Below are positions 49,798 through 59,520 of a DNA stretch of 64,000 nucleotides, piece by piece (position 1 is the stretch's first letter; every line of letters begins with the position of its first letter). The notes beneath the pieces were generated by a model that saw nothing but the letters and a program-made list of their open reading frames with translations, ran no database searches and had not been told where the DNA came from. Location of the stretch: the IMG/VR virus record IMGVR_UViG_3300042452_000781, positions 582-64,581 of that record; one strand, 5' to 3'. Origin of the DNA: a virus. Lineage: Duplodnaviria; Caudoviricetes. The translations under genes and the position numbers were made by a program.

Positions 49798-50198
49798 AAT
49801 GTTGGATGCTCCTTATAAAACTCATAGGCTCTTACGGTTTGAATGATTTCTCTTGTTGCGTTTGGGTTTCTTTCAACTCTCCAGCGAACATTAAAGCTCT
49901 CATCTCGGGCAAGAATTGTTAGAGTTTCGGGTGGTGTGTTAGGATTGGATGCAACTCCACAGCGAACAGTCCAATCCTCATCTTGAGCAAGAATCGTTAG
50001 AGTTTCGGGTGGTGTGTTGGGGTTGTTTGCAACTCTCCAGCGAACATCAACATCCTCATCTCGGGCAAGAATTGTTAGAGTTTCAGATGAAGAAGTCATA
50101 ACGAAATCAGTAGTGCAACCACCTCCACTGCCTCTTACAACTACCATAATATCATCTGGAAACTCGCTCAAGGCTTCAATCAATTCGGCCTTTGTCAT
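49794..50198 (-). CDS. LRV/HEAT-like repeat protein
   Basis: Three 24-aa repeats ETLTILA.DE...VR..VA.NPNTPP. Confidence 0.8.
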   Translation of the reverse strand: MTKAELIEALSEFPDDIMVVVRGSGGGCTTDFVMTSSSETLTILARDEDVDVRWRVANNPNTPPETLTILAQDEDWTVRCGVASNPNTPPETLTILARDESFNVRWRVERNPNATREIIQTVRAYEFYKEHPTL

Positions 50199-50407
50199 TT
50201 TGGGTGGCGGAGAACTGTTTAGGTATTATGAACCAATTTCTGCATAATAGTGAAATGAGTGGACAGTTTTTCCTTTGACCCTTTTGGTGAAATTTTTTGG
50301 CGGGAAAATTTTTAATGGATGAGGGGTGTCTTAAAACATATGGGACCCATTGACTTTTTATTTAAAACGCACTTGGGGGAATGGGTGGATGGGCGGTTCT
50401 TATCGCT

Positions 50408-50440
50408 AGGCCCAGGGGCCAGGCCCAGGGGCCAGGCCCC
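50408..50440. repeat. GC-rich 13-bp tandem repeat (aggcccaggggcc x2.5)
   Basis: Seen directly in a non-coding gap. Confidence 0.8.
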
Positions 50441-50578
50441 AATGGACGGCTAGGCTACTGTCCATAGTACACTTAGACTATAGTACAACTGTCCTATAAG
50501 ACCTGCTTATCACCCAATAAACATAAGAAAAGGCCCCCCAGATTGGAGGCCATTAACTATAAGAACTGTCTTCAATAC

Positions 50579-52069
50579 TTATAGAGATTTAGGCGGAACA
50601 TTCACCATGGTTAGGTGTTGTTTAGCGCGGGTAACTAGCACGTAGCATAGATTATCCTCCTGCCCAAGTTCCCACGGTTGCTTAGCCCATTTGCTAGGAG
50701 AATATGTGTTCATTCCTAGAGCAAACACTCTATTCCATTCTCTACCCTTTGCCTTATGAATTGTAGATAGCGTTAGAACTTGTTGTTTGCCGGTTTCGGT
50801 ATCACCAAACAGCTCCCGAATCTTACCAATTAATATATCCAAAGAATCCGAATCCTCGCACTGATATATAAAAACCTTAAGAGTTTCCGCCTGATCTTCT
50901 ACAACCTGGCACCTAGAATCGTTGCCCTTTTCTTTATGCTTGGCGATCTCTTTAGTCGCCCATTCTTCTAACCGAATCTCTAATTCTCCAACATTCTTTA
51001 CAGTCTTCCAGCGCATGGCTAGTTTAATCAATCCCTCACCGATTGAACGGCCTTCTACTCTACAGGCAACCGAGTTACGGATCAATTTGTATGCTAACTC
51101 CACCAAAGGTTTAGTATTACGACAGATGATAACATCCTGGGGTTTGGATATCTTAATAAGATCACCAATCTCACAAGCATCAACTATACCATCAGGTGCA
51201 GTTTCGTGAGCCTCAATATGATTGACCCAACGATTGGCCACCTTAACTATATTCTTAGGGCACCGATAAGTGACCGTAAGAGGCAGAGTTTCTGCCTTGA
51301 ATTCTGCCCGAATGTTATTCAGTGATTCGCTATCCGCCCCAGTAAATCCATAAATCGCCTGGCAAGGATCGCCTACAGCGATTAACCTACCATTAGGCTT
51401 TAACATCATTTTAACTAGAGCACGTCTGGAGGCATTAGTATCTTGCGCCTCATCTAACAAAATATAATCATACTGCCAAATCTTCATTCTATTAAGAATA
51501 GGAAGATATATCATATCACTAAAGTCTACAATTTGTGTCAGTGAATTGCTCACCTTAAGAAGATATTGTGCAGCATCTATTCCTTGTTCTTCACTTATAT
51601 TGTTGGGGAGCGTTTCTGCTATATTATAATGATTTAACATCTCTAGCCAATTATCTAGATTATTCTCCAATACTGCTCCTATTCCACACTCTTTAGCCAT
51701 TGCGGCTGCGGATATAACAAACGACTGTAGAGTTTCATATTCACCAGTGAATTCTCTACGGGCAAGTTCCCGTAGTTTGTTGCCGTCAACCTTAACGCGA
51801 CTTACGGCCCTACGAATAGCACCAAAACCGAAACTATGAAGTGTTCCTACCTTAATAGGAAGATTAAATGGGGCAATTTTAGATTCTATCTCAGTTGCGA
51901 TTGACTTGTTAAATGCACAGAATGCCCCGTTGCCTTGAGCAACTTTAGACATTTCAATCAAGGTTGTTGTTTTGCCGGCACCAGCTACCGCTTCCAGAAC
52001 GAGATTGGCGCGGGAAGATGTAACAAATTGAACAGCGGCGGTTTGCTGGGAGGAGAGTGAGCGAGCCAT
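50579..52069 (-). CDS. SF1 UvrD/Rep-like helicase
   Basis: AVAGAGKTT (Walker A), LLDEAQD, VGDPCQAIYGF.GA, TYRCP, STIHKAKGREW and YVLVTRAK motifs. Confidence 0.93.
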   Translation of the reverse strand: MARSLSSQQTAAVQFVTSSRANLVLEAVAGAGKTTTLIEMSKVAQGNGAFCAFNKSIATEIESKIAPFNLPIKVGTLHSFGFGAIRRAVSRVKVDGNKLRELARREFTGEYETLQSFVISAAAMAKECGIGAVLENNLDNWLEMLNHYNIAETLPNNISEEQGIDAAQYLLKVSNSLTQIVDFSDMIYLPILNRMKIWQYDYILLDEAQDTNASRRALVKMMLKPNGRLIAVGDPCQAIYGFTGADSESLNNIRAEFKAETLPLTVTYRCPKNIVKVANRWVNHIEAHETAPDGIVDACEIGDLIKISKPQDVIICRNTKPLVELAYKLIRNSVACRVEGRSIGEGLIKLAMRWKTVKNVGELEIRLEEWATKEIAKHKEKGNDSRCQVVEDQAETLKVFIYQCEDSDSLDILIGKIRELFGDTETGKQQVLTLSTIHKAKGREWNRVFALGMNTYSPSKWAKQPWELGQEDNLCYVLVTRAKQHLTMVNVPPKSL

Positions 52070-52147
52070 AGGGGTTTCCCTGGATTACTCAGACATTCTA
52101 GCACACTGGCAGCGGAACCGCAACATTTTCTTAAATTATATTAAAAG

Positions 52148-52190
52148 GCAGGGTTAGCGTGCCGTTTTGTATAAACGCGATTCGTTCGCT
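52148..52190 (-). ncRNA. putative sRNA repeat element A, copy 1 (inverted relative to the others)
   Basis: AGCGAACGAATCGCGTTTATACAAAACGGCACGCTAACCCTGC on the minus strand, 20 nt after a TTGACA-N18-TAGAAT promoter. Confidence 0.55.
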
Positions 52191-52318
52191 TCTATTCTGT
52201 TGTCTAATCTATTCTAGCAACTGCCGGTGGAATATGTCAAGCCTTCTAACCATTAGGATTGCTTATCACCCAATAAACATAATAAAAGGCCCCCAATAAG
52301 GAGGCCCATTAACTATAC

Positions 52319-52555
52319 TCACATATTCTGAATATCAATATCAAGAGCTAAAGTAGTGTTAGGCTGCTTAAGTCTAATAATATCCCCCATAACTTCGCGC
52401 CGGCAAACTACACCAGTCCAACCCATAATTGACTTCGAGAGTCTAACAATTTGTATATCAGTTAGACAATCTGTTCTGATAATCTCCTGCCTGCTATAGC
52501 AGTCGTTAACACTGTTATCAATAAGGCCGACTTTTTCAACTATAATCTTAATCAT
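52319..52555 (-). CDS. early hypothetical protein
   Basis: ORF between a promoter hub and a hairpin terminator. Confidence 0.7.
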   Translation of the reverse strand: MIKIIVEKVGLIDNSVNDCYSRQEIIRTDCLTDIQIVRLSKSIMGWTGVVCRREVMGDIIRLKQPNTTLALDIDIQNM

Positions 52556-52709
52556 GGCCGGGGTGTTGCTTTGGGACCTTCATATCCTACATCATCGGAT
52601 GCCCTACAACCGACCAACCATTGATGATCTTATCTTATGTGTCCGATAAGCAACGCTAATGTTCCAAACTGCTCCAACCATGCTAGGATAGTTTCAAGAA
52701 CAAAATAAG

Positions 52710-52752
52710 AGCGAACGACTCGCGTTTATAGAAAATGCCACGCTAATCCTGC
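52710..52752 (+). ncRNA. putative sRNA repeat element A, copy 2
   Basis: 43-bp core, 20 nt after TAGGAT. Confidence 0.55.
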
Positions 52753-52808
52753 TCTTAACTAATAATATAAAGATATAATAAAAGGCCCCCCAATAAGGGG
52801 GCAATTAA

Positions 52809-53210
52809 CTATGCAAGATCGCTCACAACTTCTGTACCATCCAGATAATGTGGAACACCGGCAATATAATCAATCGGCTCAAAGTTTCCGACTACATCCC
52901 ACGTTTCGGTGGTGAGAAAATTGTTTAGGGCAAACTCTGCAAACTTCATTGCGCCATCATTAGTCTTGAACTGCCCCAGATAATAATTGCATTCAGTAGT
53001 TGGGCCATCTGAAGTCATCTCAACCTTTACAAATAAGATTCCTAATTCTCTACCAGAACCTACCGTAAAGTTGATATAATACTGGAAGTCGTCAAATGCT
53101 GTTCGTATCGTATTGCTGTAAATGCCCCCTACAATCTGTTCTTGATTGTTTAGATAATTCCATACCAAACTTTGGTCTAGACCGATAGCCATAAACTTGT
53201 TGTTAATCAT
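52809..53210 (-). CDS. early hypothetical protein
   Basis: 133 aa; own TTGACA/TATTCT promoter and terminator. Confidence 0.75.
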   Translation of the reverse strand: MINNKFMAIGLDQSLVWNYLNNQEQIVGGIYSNTIRTAFDDFQYYINFTVGSGRELGILFVKVEMTSDGPTTECNYYLGQFKTNDGAMKFAEFALNNFLTTETWDVVGNFEPIDYIAGVPHYLDGTEVVSDLA

Positions 53211-53348
53211 GGCCGGGGGTGTTGCTTTGGGACTCTTTAAGAATAAACCGGTTTGGCTAGTCTGTCAAGCCTTGACCGATAAGCGTTTCTTATCGTTGAA
53301 TAAACATAAGAAAAGGCCCCCGATTGGAGGACCTTAACTATACCGAAA

Positions 53349-53963
53349 TCATCCAGGGAATTGTGTAGACAAGAAAGGAACTTCCGTCCAGATTCCTATA
53401 ACCTTTGTATCATCCTGAAAGGGTTTAACTATAGACCAAACTTTATTGCGACTGAATAGATTACAGCCACAAAAATGCATAAGAATTCTGTTTAACCTTT
53501 CCTTAGTAGATTTGGGACCTCCACTTACACGCAGAATTACAACTTTACGCTTGAAATCTACTGCTGCGAACAGCTTTTTCTGGTGGTAAATGTTTAGAGC
53601 ATCTTCACTACATTTGTGATTGAAGTTTCTACCCGTTAGCACTACAGCATCGGTACGGTAGTTATAGTAATTCTGATGCCGGATTGCCTCAATCAGACTG
53701 CGAATGGCTGGAGATTTAGAAGGATAATTATTGGCATCATTAAATATATCAATCATTGCTTGATATTGTTTAGCCACTAAAATGGCCTCATAATAAGCAG
53801 TAAAGGCTACCTCGCCTGTTTTTTTGACTCTAGTATATCCTGCTGCCCTAATAAGTTCTGCACGGGAAGCATAATCGCTTCCTTTCTTGTTGTGCTCAAG
53901 TAGAGCTAATCCCGTAAGTCTTTCTTGTGTTGTGTAGTCAATAACAAGCTGTTGGCTGGTCAT
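53349..53963 (-). CDS. cyAbrB N-terminal-like domain fused to a domain paralogous to 60605-60913
   Basis: True start probably MTSQQ (53963), downstream of the promoter; LTG.ALL...K...R.E....GY..V.K.G....T.YY.AIL.AK pattern; C-terminal TKERLNRIL. Confidence 0.65.
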   Translation of the reverse strand: MTSQQLVIDYTTQERLTGLALLEHNKKGSDYASRAELIRAAGYTRVKKTGEVAFTAYYEAILVAKQYQAMIDIFNDANNYPSKSPAIRSLIEAIRHQNYYNYRTDAVVLTGRNFNHKCSEDALNIYHQKKLFAAVDFKRKVVILRVSGGPKSTKERLNRILMHFCGCNLFSRNKVWSIVKPFQDDTKVIGIWTEVPFLSTQFPG

Positions 53964-54117
53964 TTGTTTACTGGCAACCTGCCAGTGATTGGTTGACTTG
54001 CTTAGTATAGGGGCAGTTCTGGCTGATACTGGCTGCTGGTGTGCCAGTTGTAGAAGTGTCTGAGAGGCACCCACAAGCGTCTACAATGGCCTTAGAATAC
54101 TCTTAACAACCTAGGAC

Positions 54118-54160
54118 AGCGAACGACTCGCGTTTATAGAAAATGCCACGCTAATCCTGC
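54118..54160 (+). ncRNA. putative sRNA repeat element A, copy 3
   Basis: AGCGAACGACTCGCGTTTATAGAAAATGCCACGCTAATCCTGC, 19 nt after TAGAAT. Confidence 0.55.
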
Positions 54161-54215
54161 TTGTTTATAAAAATATAAGAATATAAGAAAAGGCTCCCGA
54201 AAGAGCCTCTATAAG

Positions 54216-54485
54216 TTATGCTAATGCTCCAAGATTGCCTAACTGTATGGCTATCTTATGGGCGGCAATTCGTCGGTCGTTTAACATAAAAGTTGTCCGA
54301 CCTTTGGAGATCCTACAACTAATTTTAATATCAGTAAATCGCCCCTCTCCGGCATAACCTTGGCAGTGTAAGTCTGCCTCGCCTATAGCCCTTCCAGGCA
54401 AACCCATATTAGAAAGGGCTAACGTTTCAACATCCTTTCGCCGTTGGAAGTTCTGATCAAAGCTGGCGAGAGTGTAGGAAGCCAT
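54216..54485 (-). CDS. early hypothetical protein
   Basis: 89 aa cassette gene. Confidence 0.7.
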   Translation of the reverse strand: MASYTLASFDQNFQRRKDVETLALSNMGLPGRAIGEADLHCQGYAGEGRFTDIKISCRISKGRTTFMLNDRRIAAHKIAIQLGNLGALA

Positions 54486-54623
54486 TAGACTTGAGCGGTT
54501 GACTTGTTTATCCTAGAGGCAGTTCTGGCCGTTACTAGCTGCTGGTGTGCCGGTTGTAGAAGTGTCTGGAAGGGGCCTAGAAGAGCCTGCAAGGTGCTTA
54601 GAATACTCTTATCACCATAAGAC

Positions 54624-54666
54624 AGCGAACGACTCGCGTTTATAGAAAATGCCACGCTAATCCTGC
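54624..54666 (+). ncRNA. putative sRNA repeat element A, copy 4
   Basis: Core identical to copy 3, after TAGAAT. Confidence 0.55.
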
Positions 54667-54724
54667 TTGTTTATAAAAATATACAAAAAAAGAAGAGAAC
54701 CGAATCTCTTCTTATATCTTTATA

Positions 54725-55036
54725 TCAGTGCTTAGAACTCCAGGCTATAATCTTATTGGCTGCTACTTCAATAGAATCTGTATTACATTTACGAAACTTT
54801 TCTGTTTCAGACCTATTGAATTGTTCAATCTTACCTGCTCCGATATGAAACATAGCATATCGGGAATTATGATAAATCCCGTTAATCCACTGTTCCATTG
54901 GATCTAACGAAACCTTGACGATTAGACTGGCATTTTCTTCTCCACCTAGAGTGGATCTTTCCACATAATAATAAGGAAAGATTCCACTCAATAGTTCAAT
55001 CAATTTGGTCTCGTCTTCGGTGGATGGGATGAACAT
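54725..55036 (-). CDS. early hypothetical protein
   Basis: 103 aa; STLGG and W.NGIY.NSRY motif; own promoter. Confidence 0.75.
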   Translation of the reverse strand: MFIPSTEDETKLIELLSGIFPYYYVERSTLGGEENASLIVKVSLDPMEQWINGIYHNSRYAMFHIGAGKIEQFNRSETEKFRKCNTDSIEVAANKIIAWSSKH

Positions 55037-55111
55037 TTGTATGGTTCTGGTGACTTTCTAAGAATAACAGGCTTGACCGTGGTTGTCAAGCCCCTGAACG
55101 ATAAGCGTTTC

Positions 55112-55300
55112 TTATGCCAAGCAGAAGTCAATAGTAGTTTTTACTCCATTGTTTACTTCAATCAACTTTAATGGTCCATCTTTTTTATCTAAGAAAGACC
55201 TAGCCTTTTCATAGGTCTTAAACTTACCTAAACAAGTGTCAAGAGTTGGGCCGAATTGATTGAAAGATGACCCTGGTCTTACTACTTCATAGGTTGACAT
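55112..55300 (-). CDS. early hypothetical protein
   Basis: ATG at 55300; the stop lies inside the next palindromic box. Confidence 0.65.
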   Translation of the reverse strand: MSTYEVVRPGSSFNQFGPTLDTCLGKFKTYEKARSFLDKKDGPLKLIEVNNGVKTTIDFCLA

Positions 55301-55439
55301 AATCAATCCTCAGTGGTGGTTGACTTTTTAAGAATAAACCATCTGCAAGGGTATGTCAAGCCTTGAATGATAAGCATTGCTGATGGCCCGAAGGCTTGAC
55401 ATACATTAAGAGGTAGAATAATCTACCTCTTATTAGTTT

Positions 55440-55916
55440 TTATTGAAATTTACCCCTTGCAACCTGTAGTTCAAGAATAAACTTATCAAGTTCTTCTTTT
55501 TTGTAGAAGTATATATTACAACTGCGGCCAGCATCATTCCAAACCTCAACGCTAACAATCGTTTGAACCCCTTCTGTAACCGGGTTGCCATTAGTTCCAC
55601 CATATTCTCGCTTAATATAGTAAACTTCATAAGTATCTAAACCAGAGAGCGGAAGAATTGGCGTGTTATTGTAGATTTCTTCCCGTTCTTTGCGTCTCTG
55701 TTCTTTATAATCTTCTACTTGTTTGGCCACTTCTTCTACATTTTCGGTTATACCAACCTTTTTAATTGCACCATTAAGATCATGTTTGGGAAAATTAAAT
55801 GCTGCAGCAGAGTGAACACTAGTATCTGTATCTTGGGCCAGAAGCCTTAGGATACTTGTTGGGGTGTTTCCATTCTGGAGATCGATAATGTCCTGAATCT
55901 GTTCAGTGGTGGCCAT
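55440..55916 (-). CDS. early hypothetical protein with one LRV-like repeat
   Basis: NGNTPTSILRLLAQD.D.SV repeat unit near the N-terminus. Confidence 0.7.
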   Translation of the reverse strand: MATTEQIQDIIDLQNGNTPTSILRLLAQDTDTSVHSAAAFNFPKHDLNGAIKKVGITENVEEVAKQVEDYKEQRRKEREEIYNNTPILPLSGLDTYEVYYIKREYGGTNGNPVTEGVQTIVSVEVWNDAGRSCNIYFYKKEELDKFILELQVARGKFQ

Positions 55917-56053
55917 TTGATCTTGTTGCTTTGGGACTTTTTAAGAATAAACCTTTTTAGTCAGCCTGTCAAGCCTTGAATGATAAGCACTGCTGATGGT
56001 CCGAAGGCTTGACATACTGACTTCTCTGCTGCTATACTTTAAGAAAGAAAATA

Positions 56054-56096
56054 AGCGAACGACTCGCGTTTATAGAAAATGCCACGCTAATCCTGC
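56054..56096 (+). ncRNA. putative sRNA repeat element A, copy 5
   Basis: Identical core, 15 nt after a near-consensus TTGACA-N18-TATACT promoter. Confidence 0.6.
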
Positions 56097-56157
56097 TCTT
56101 AGATAAAAATATAAGAATATAAGAAAAAGCCTCCAATAAGGAGGCATAAGAATATGT

Positions 56158-56451
56158 TTATCGATCAATAATAAATCCTATTTTGTGTACCCCATCAGGA
56201 ATTTCTCCAAGTATAACTTCATATTTGTAAATACCGTTATTTTCATTACTTACCTCGTGAAATGGAATCTCAACTTCTAATAATTCGTCGGGATCAATAC
56301 AATCAATTCTAATATCATCTCCAAAATACTCGGCGGTTTCCTCCGGTAAGGAAACCTCCATTTCTTTACAAAATTGTAACACTTTAATGTGTTTTTGGTG
56401 CTCCAGATCTAAAGGTGAGCGAAAACCCTTTACACTGATTGACACTGACAT
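56158..56451 (-). CDS. early hypothetical protein
   Basis: 97 aa cassette gene. Confidence 0.75.
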   Translation of the reverse strand: MSVSISVKGFRSPLDLEHQKHIKVLQFCKEMEVSLPEETAEYFGDDIRIDCIDPDELLEVEIPFHEVSNENNGIYKYEVILGEIPDGVHKIGFIIDR

Positions 56452-56533
56452 TGTTTTGATTGGTTGGGGACTTTTTAAGAATAACAGGAGTTTAGGCGGT
56501 TGTCAATGGTTGATTGATAAGAACTGCTTATCG

Positions 56534-56755
56534 TTACCAATTCGCTGCAATTTCCTTGGCATTATCGCCAAGGAAACTATAACAAGCATCGGGAACTGGC
56601 CTACCCAAAATTTGACAACAACGCACCAATTCATCGCCGTCTGCCTGTATCCTGACCATGCCGTAGCAATTTACATTTAACCATTTCTTGGGGTCTTCGC
56701 TGGGAGTGGCTGGAATGTAGGCCATGGCGCCATTCAAATCACGGGCAATTAACAT
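56534..56755 (-). CDS. early hypothetical protein
   Basis: 73 aa cassette gene downstream of a promoter hub. Confidence 0.7.
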   Translation of the reverse strand: MLIARDLNGAMAYIPATPSEDPKKWLNVNCYGMVRIQADGDELVRCCQILGRPVPDACYSFLGDNAKEIAANW

Positions 56756-56895
56756 GGTTGCGGAGATCTGTTGACCTGTTCAGTATAGGGGCAGTTCTGG
56801 CTGATACCGGTTGGTGGTGTGCCAGTTGTAGAAGTGTCTGAGAGGCGTCTGGATGGGGCTGTAATGGCGTTAGAATACCTTTAACACCATAAGAC

Positions 56896-56938
56896 AGCGG
56901 GCGAACCGCGTTTATAGAAAATGCCACGCTAACCCTGC
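56896..56938 (+). ncRNA. putative sRNA repeat element A, copy 6
   Basis: Variant core AGCGGGCGAACCGCGTTTATAGAAAATGCCACGCTAACCCTGC, after TAGAAT. Confidence 0.55.
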
Positions 56939-57035
56939 TCTTAGATAAAAATATAAGAATATAAGAAAAGGCCCCCGAAGGAGCCTTTATATTACCAATT
57001 ATTACTAAACCTTATTTTATATACACCAGACGAGA

Positions 57036-57347
57036 TCAAGATGGGCCGTGCAGGTTAGGCGTAAACCACGGGAACCACCCGTCAATAAAAAAGTTGTACG
57101 TGTGACATTTGAAATCTGGGCCTACAATAACCCAATGTCCGTCCGGATTACATCCTGGTAGCCCAATTTCAGTCCAATATATCCAGGCTCTCCTAGTTGT
57201 TCTCTTCGTGAATTCAGATGGCTCTACACCTACCTTTACCATAACATCTTCGGTGGGTAAATCTGCAATCTGGGCCCATATGGGGCAACCAGTCTTTGGT
57301 GCGGATTCAATTGGCTCCATTTTTTGGCCGTTAACGGTGATAGTCAT
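57036..57347 (-). CDS. early hypothetical protein (PIESAPK.G motif)
   Basis: 103 aa cassette gene. Confidence 0.7.
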   Translation of the reverse strand: MTITVNGQKMEPIESAPKTGCPIWAQIADLPTEDVMVKVGVEPSEFTKRTTRRAWIYWTEIGLPGCNPDGHWVIVGPDFKCHTYNFFIDGWFPWFTPNLHGPS

Positions 57348-57487
57348 GGTGGTTTGGATCGGTTGACTTGTTCAGTATAGGGGCAGTTCTGGCTGATACC
57401 GGTTGGTGGTGTGCCAGTTGTAGAAGTGTCCTAGAGGCGTCTGGATGGGGCTGTAATGGCGTTAGAATACTCTTAACAACCTGACAC

Positions 57488-57530
57488 AGCGTAAGAAGCG
57501 CCTAAACACAAACGGGCACGCTAATCCTGC
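57488..57530 (+). ncRNA. putative sRNA repeat element A, copy 7 (subtype 2)
   Basis: AGCGTAAGAAGCGCCTAAACACAAACGGGCACGCTAATCCTGC, after TAGAAT. Confidence 0.55.
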
Positions 57531-57583
57531 TCTTTTTAAGAATATAAATAATACCAAAAAACCTCCAATAAGGAGGCTATTGT

Positions 57584-57910
57584 TTATACTGACTGTAAGA
57601 ACTGTAAAGACTTAACTAAATCTCTTTTTACCCATGTTGGTAGATTATTATACTGATCACTTTCAATAATATCTTCATGGATGATTAGACATCCTTTGAT
57701 ATAACAATTACCTTTCCGACCTTTCATTTCATTTACATTATTTACGGTTATTGCGGCTTGCATATTCCAAAAGAAAGACGAAACATTGTCGGCTAATTTC
57801 TGGCTGTTACTACCCTTAAGGTTTAGCCTATTAGCTAGTCTCCTGCCCGTCATTGTTGAAAAATGACGTAGAAACGGGATCTGTTCATTGGTGGGGAAGG
57901 GGCAGATCAT
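57584..57910 (-). CDS. early hypothetical protein
   Basis: 108 aa cassette gene. Confidence 0.7.
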   Translation of the reverse strand: MICPFPTNEQIPFLRHFSTMTGRRLANRLNLKGSNSQKLADNVSSFFWNMQAAITVNNVNEMKGRKGNCYIKGCLIIHEDIIESDQYNNLPTWVKRDLVKSLQFLQSV

Positions 57911-58053
57911 CGGCTTGCCTGGGGTGGTTGACTTGTTTAGTATAGGGGCAGTTCTGGCCGTTACTGATTGGTGGTGTGCCAGTCTTAGAAGTGTCCTAGA
58001 GGCACGTCTGAAGCGTCTGCAATGGCCTTAGAATACTCTTAACAACCTAGGAC

Positions 58054-58096
58054 AGCGAACGACTCGCGTTTATACAAAACGGCACGCTAATTCTGC
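58054..58096 (+). ncRNA. putative sRNA repeat element A, copy 8
   Basis: Variant core after TAGAAT. Confidence 0.55.
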
Positions 58097-58155
58097 TCTT
58101 AACTAATAATATAAAGATATAAAAAAAGACTCCCGAAGGAGCCTTATTAAATCAA

Positions 58156-58575
58156 TCAACAAGAAGGTTGAAAGTATATCTTATCGGTTGGAGTCATAAT
58201 TGTAGTAATAACTCCATCATCACTTACTGTAGTCTTTTCCTCTAACCAATAAAATGCAGTTTCAAGTCTGCCACCCTTTCGTATAAGTTCTCTTTCCTCT
58301 TCAGTTAGATTATCCCACTTGTTTAATACTTTACGACCATCCAGGCCGATTGTAAGTAATAGGGTGTGCTTATCAAGCATTGATTGCCATTTAGCATAAG
58401 CATAAGACGTTAATGCCTCTTGCTTATATTTTGGGAGCCTCTTAAAGGCTGGCTCCGCGTATAGATTATTAAGGCCATCTTTGGCATGGTTTAGATTTTG
58501 TCTGTAACTTACTGCCGCAGATATGGCTCCATTGATTCTGGCCTGATAGTTTGAATAAACATCGGTGGTGGCCAT
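58156..58575 (-). CDS. early hypothetical protein
   Basis: 139 aa; own promoter and terminator. Confidence 0.75.
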   Translation of the reverse strand: MATTDVYSNYQARINGAISAAVSYRQNLNHAKDGLNNLYAEPAFKRLPKYKQEALTSYAYAKWQSMLDKHTLLLTIGLDGRKVLNKWDNLTEEERELIRKGGRLETAFYWLEEKTTVSDDGVITTIMTPTDKIYFQPSC

Positions 58576-58658
58576 GGTGGTTTGTGGGGCTGGGGGACTT
58601 TTTAAGAATATCAGGAGCTTGAGAGGTTGTCAAGCCCCTGAACGATAAGCAGTTCTTA

Positions 58659-59105
58659 TCAGTATACAAAGGGTAGAATCTTATCACGTAGGGCATAAAT
58701 TTCATCGTCTAATTCTTTGATTTTATTAATTGTGGCTTCAACTTCATCTAGTGTGTATTCTGTATATTCTTTCGGTTCTTTAAGACTGCTAAGATCATCA
58801 AAATTAATCCTTGCAATATCGAAATGTTTAGTTGCTCTTTCGGTTCTGTGTTCTGATACTGAATACCTATAAGAAACTTCTGCAGATATACTACAAGAAT
58901 AAAAGTGAAATATAATAGAACACCCGTAACCAGCTCTGAGAATGTCCATCTCATCACTGATCTTCTTAATAAAAGTTCTATAAGGAGTGGTCTTGATTAC
59001 CTTCTTACCGATATAGGGTTCTAGAATTGTGTTTATCTTATCGTTAATTTCCCTGGCCAGTCTGTTGACTAAATTGGTGGCTTCAACTTTGGCAGCGAGT
59101 GTCAT
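58659..59105 (-). CDS. early hypothetical protein
   Basis: True start probably MTLAAK (59105); the longer track ORF reads through promoter DNA. Confidence 0.7.
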   Translation of the reverse strand: MTLAAKVEATNLVNRLAREINDKINTILEPYIGKKVIKTTPYRTFIKKISDEMDILRAGYGCSIIFHFYSCSISAEVSYRYSVSEHRTERATKHFDIARINFDDLSSLKEPKEYTEYTLDEVEATINKIKELDDEIYALRDKILPFVY

Positions 59106-59190
59106 GGTGGTGTGGTTGTGGGCAGTTGACTTTTTAAGAATATCAGGAGCTTGAGAGATTGTCAAGCCCCTGAACGATAAGCATTTCTTA

Positions 59191-59499
59191 TCATTCAAAA
59201 ATGATGTTTTCGTCTAAAGAATTAAACCCGGTTAATTCCTTAAAAGAATTCTTAAGATACTTAATGAGTGTAGTGATATTTTTACCCTTAAACTGTGCCA
59301 GATCAATTATATCATCGCCATACTCAATCTCATCGGGAATCTCTAGAATTTTGATCTTACCTGTTACAATATGAATAGGATAGAAATACCATCTGCTACC
59401 CATAAACTCGCTTCGGTTTTGAGCATCTGAAACTGTAGGGAATTCCCCTTCAGTTACCTTTTCACCGTCAAGAGCGAGACAGACAAGTTTGTAAGACAT
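59191..59499 (-). CDS. early hypothetical protein (MGSRWYFYP motif)
   Basis: 102 aa cassette gene. Confidence 0.75.
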   Translation of the reverse strand: MSYKLVCLALDGEKVTEGEFPTVSDAQNRSEFMGSRWYFYPIHIVTGKIKILEIPDEIEYGDDIIDLAQFKGKNITTLIKYLKNSFKELTGFNSLDENIIFE

Positions 59500-59520
59500 T
59501 GTGGTGGAGTGGTTGACTTC

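Noticed and set aside
54143-54154. ATG-CCA-CGC-TAA minigene inside element A
   Set aside because: The ATG is present in only five of nine copies (ACG, CGG or CCG in the others) and has no consistent RBS.
54118-54160. Element A as an HDV-like/theta ribozyme (GCUAAU-CCUGC resembles J4/2-P2)
   Set aside because: The P3/L3 candidate (AAC-GACUCGC-GUU) lacks the required U/C pattern and is not kept in subtype 2, and no P1 or P1.1 can be built.
56739-56927. ORF-track proteins made of promoter/repeat DNA (also 58469-58705 and the N-terminal extensions of 53349, 58659, 60997 and 62952)
   Set aside because: They translate the repeated regulatory modules (e.g. ASQTLLQLAH appears twice); the true starts lie downstream of the -10 boxes.
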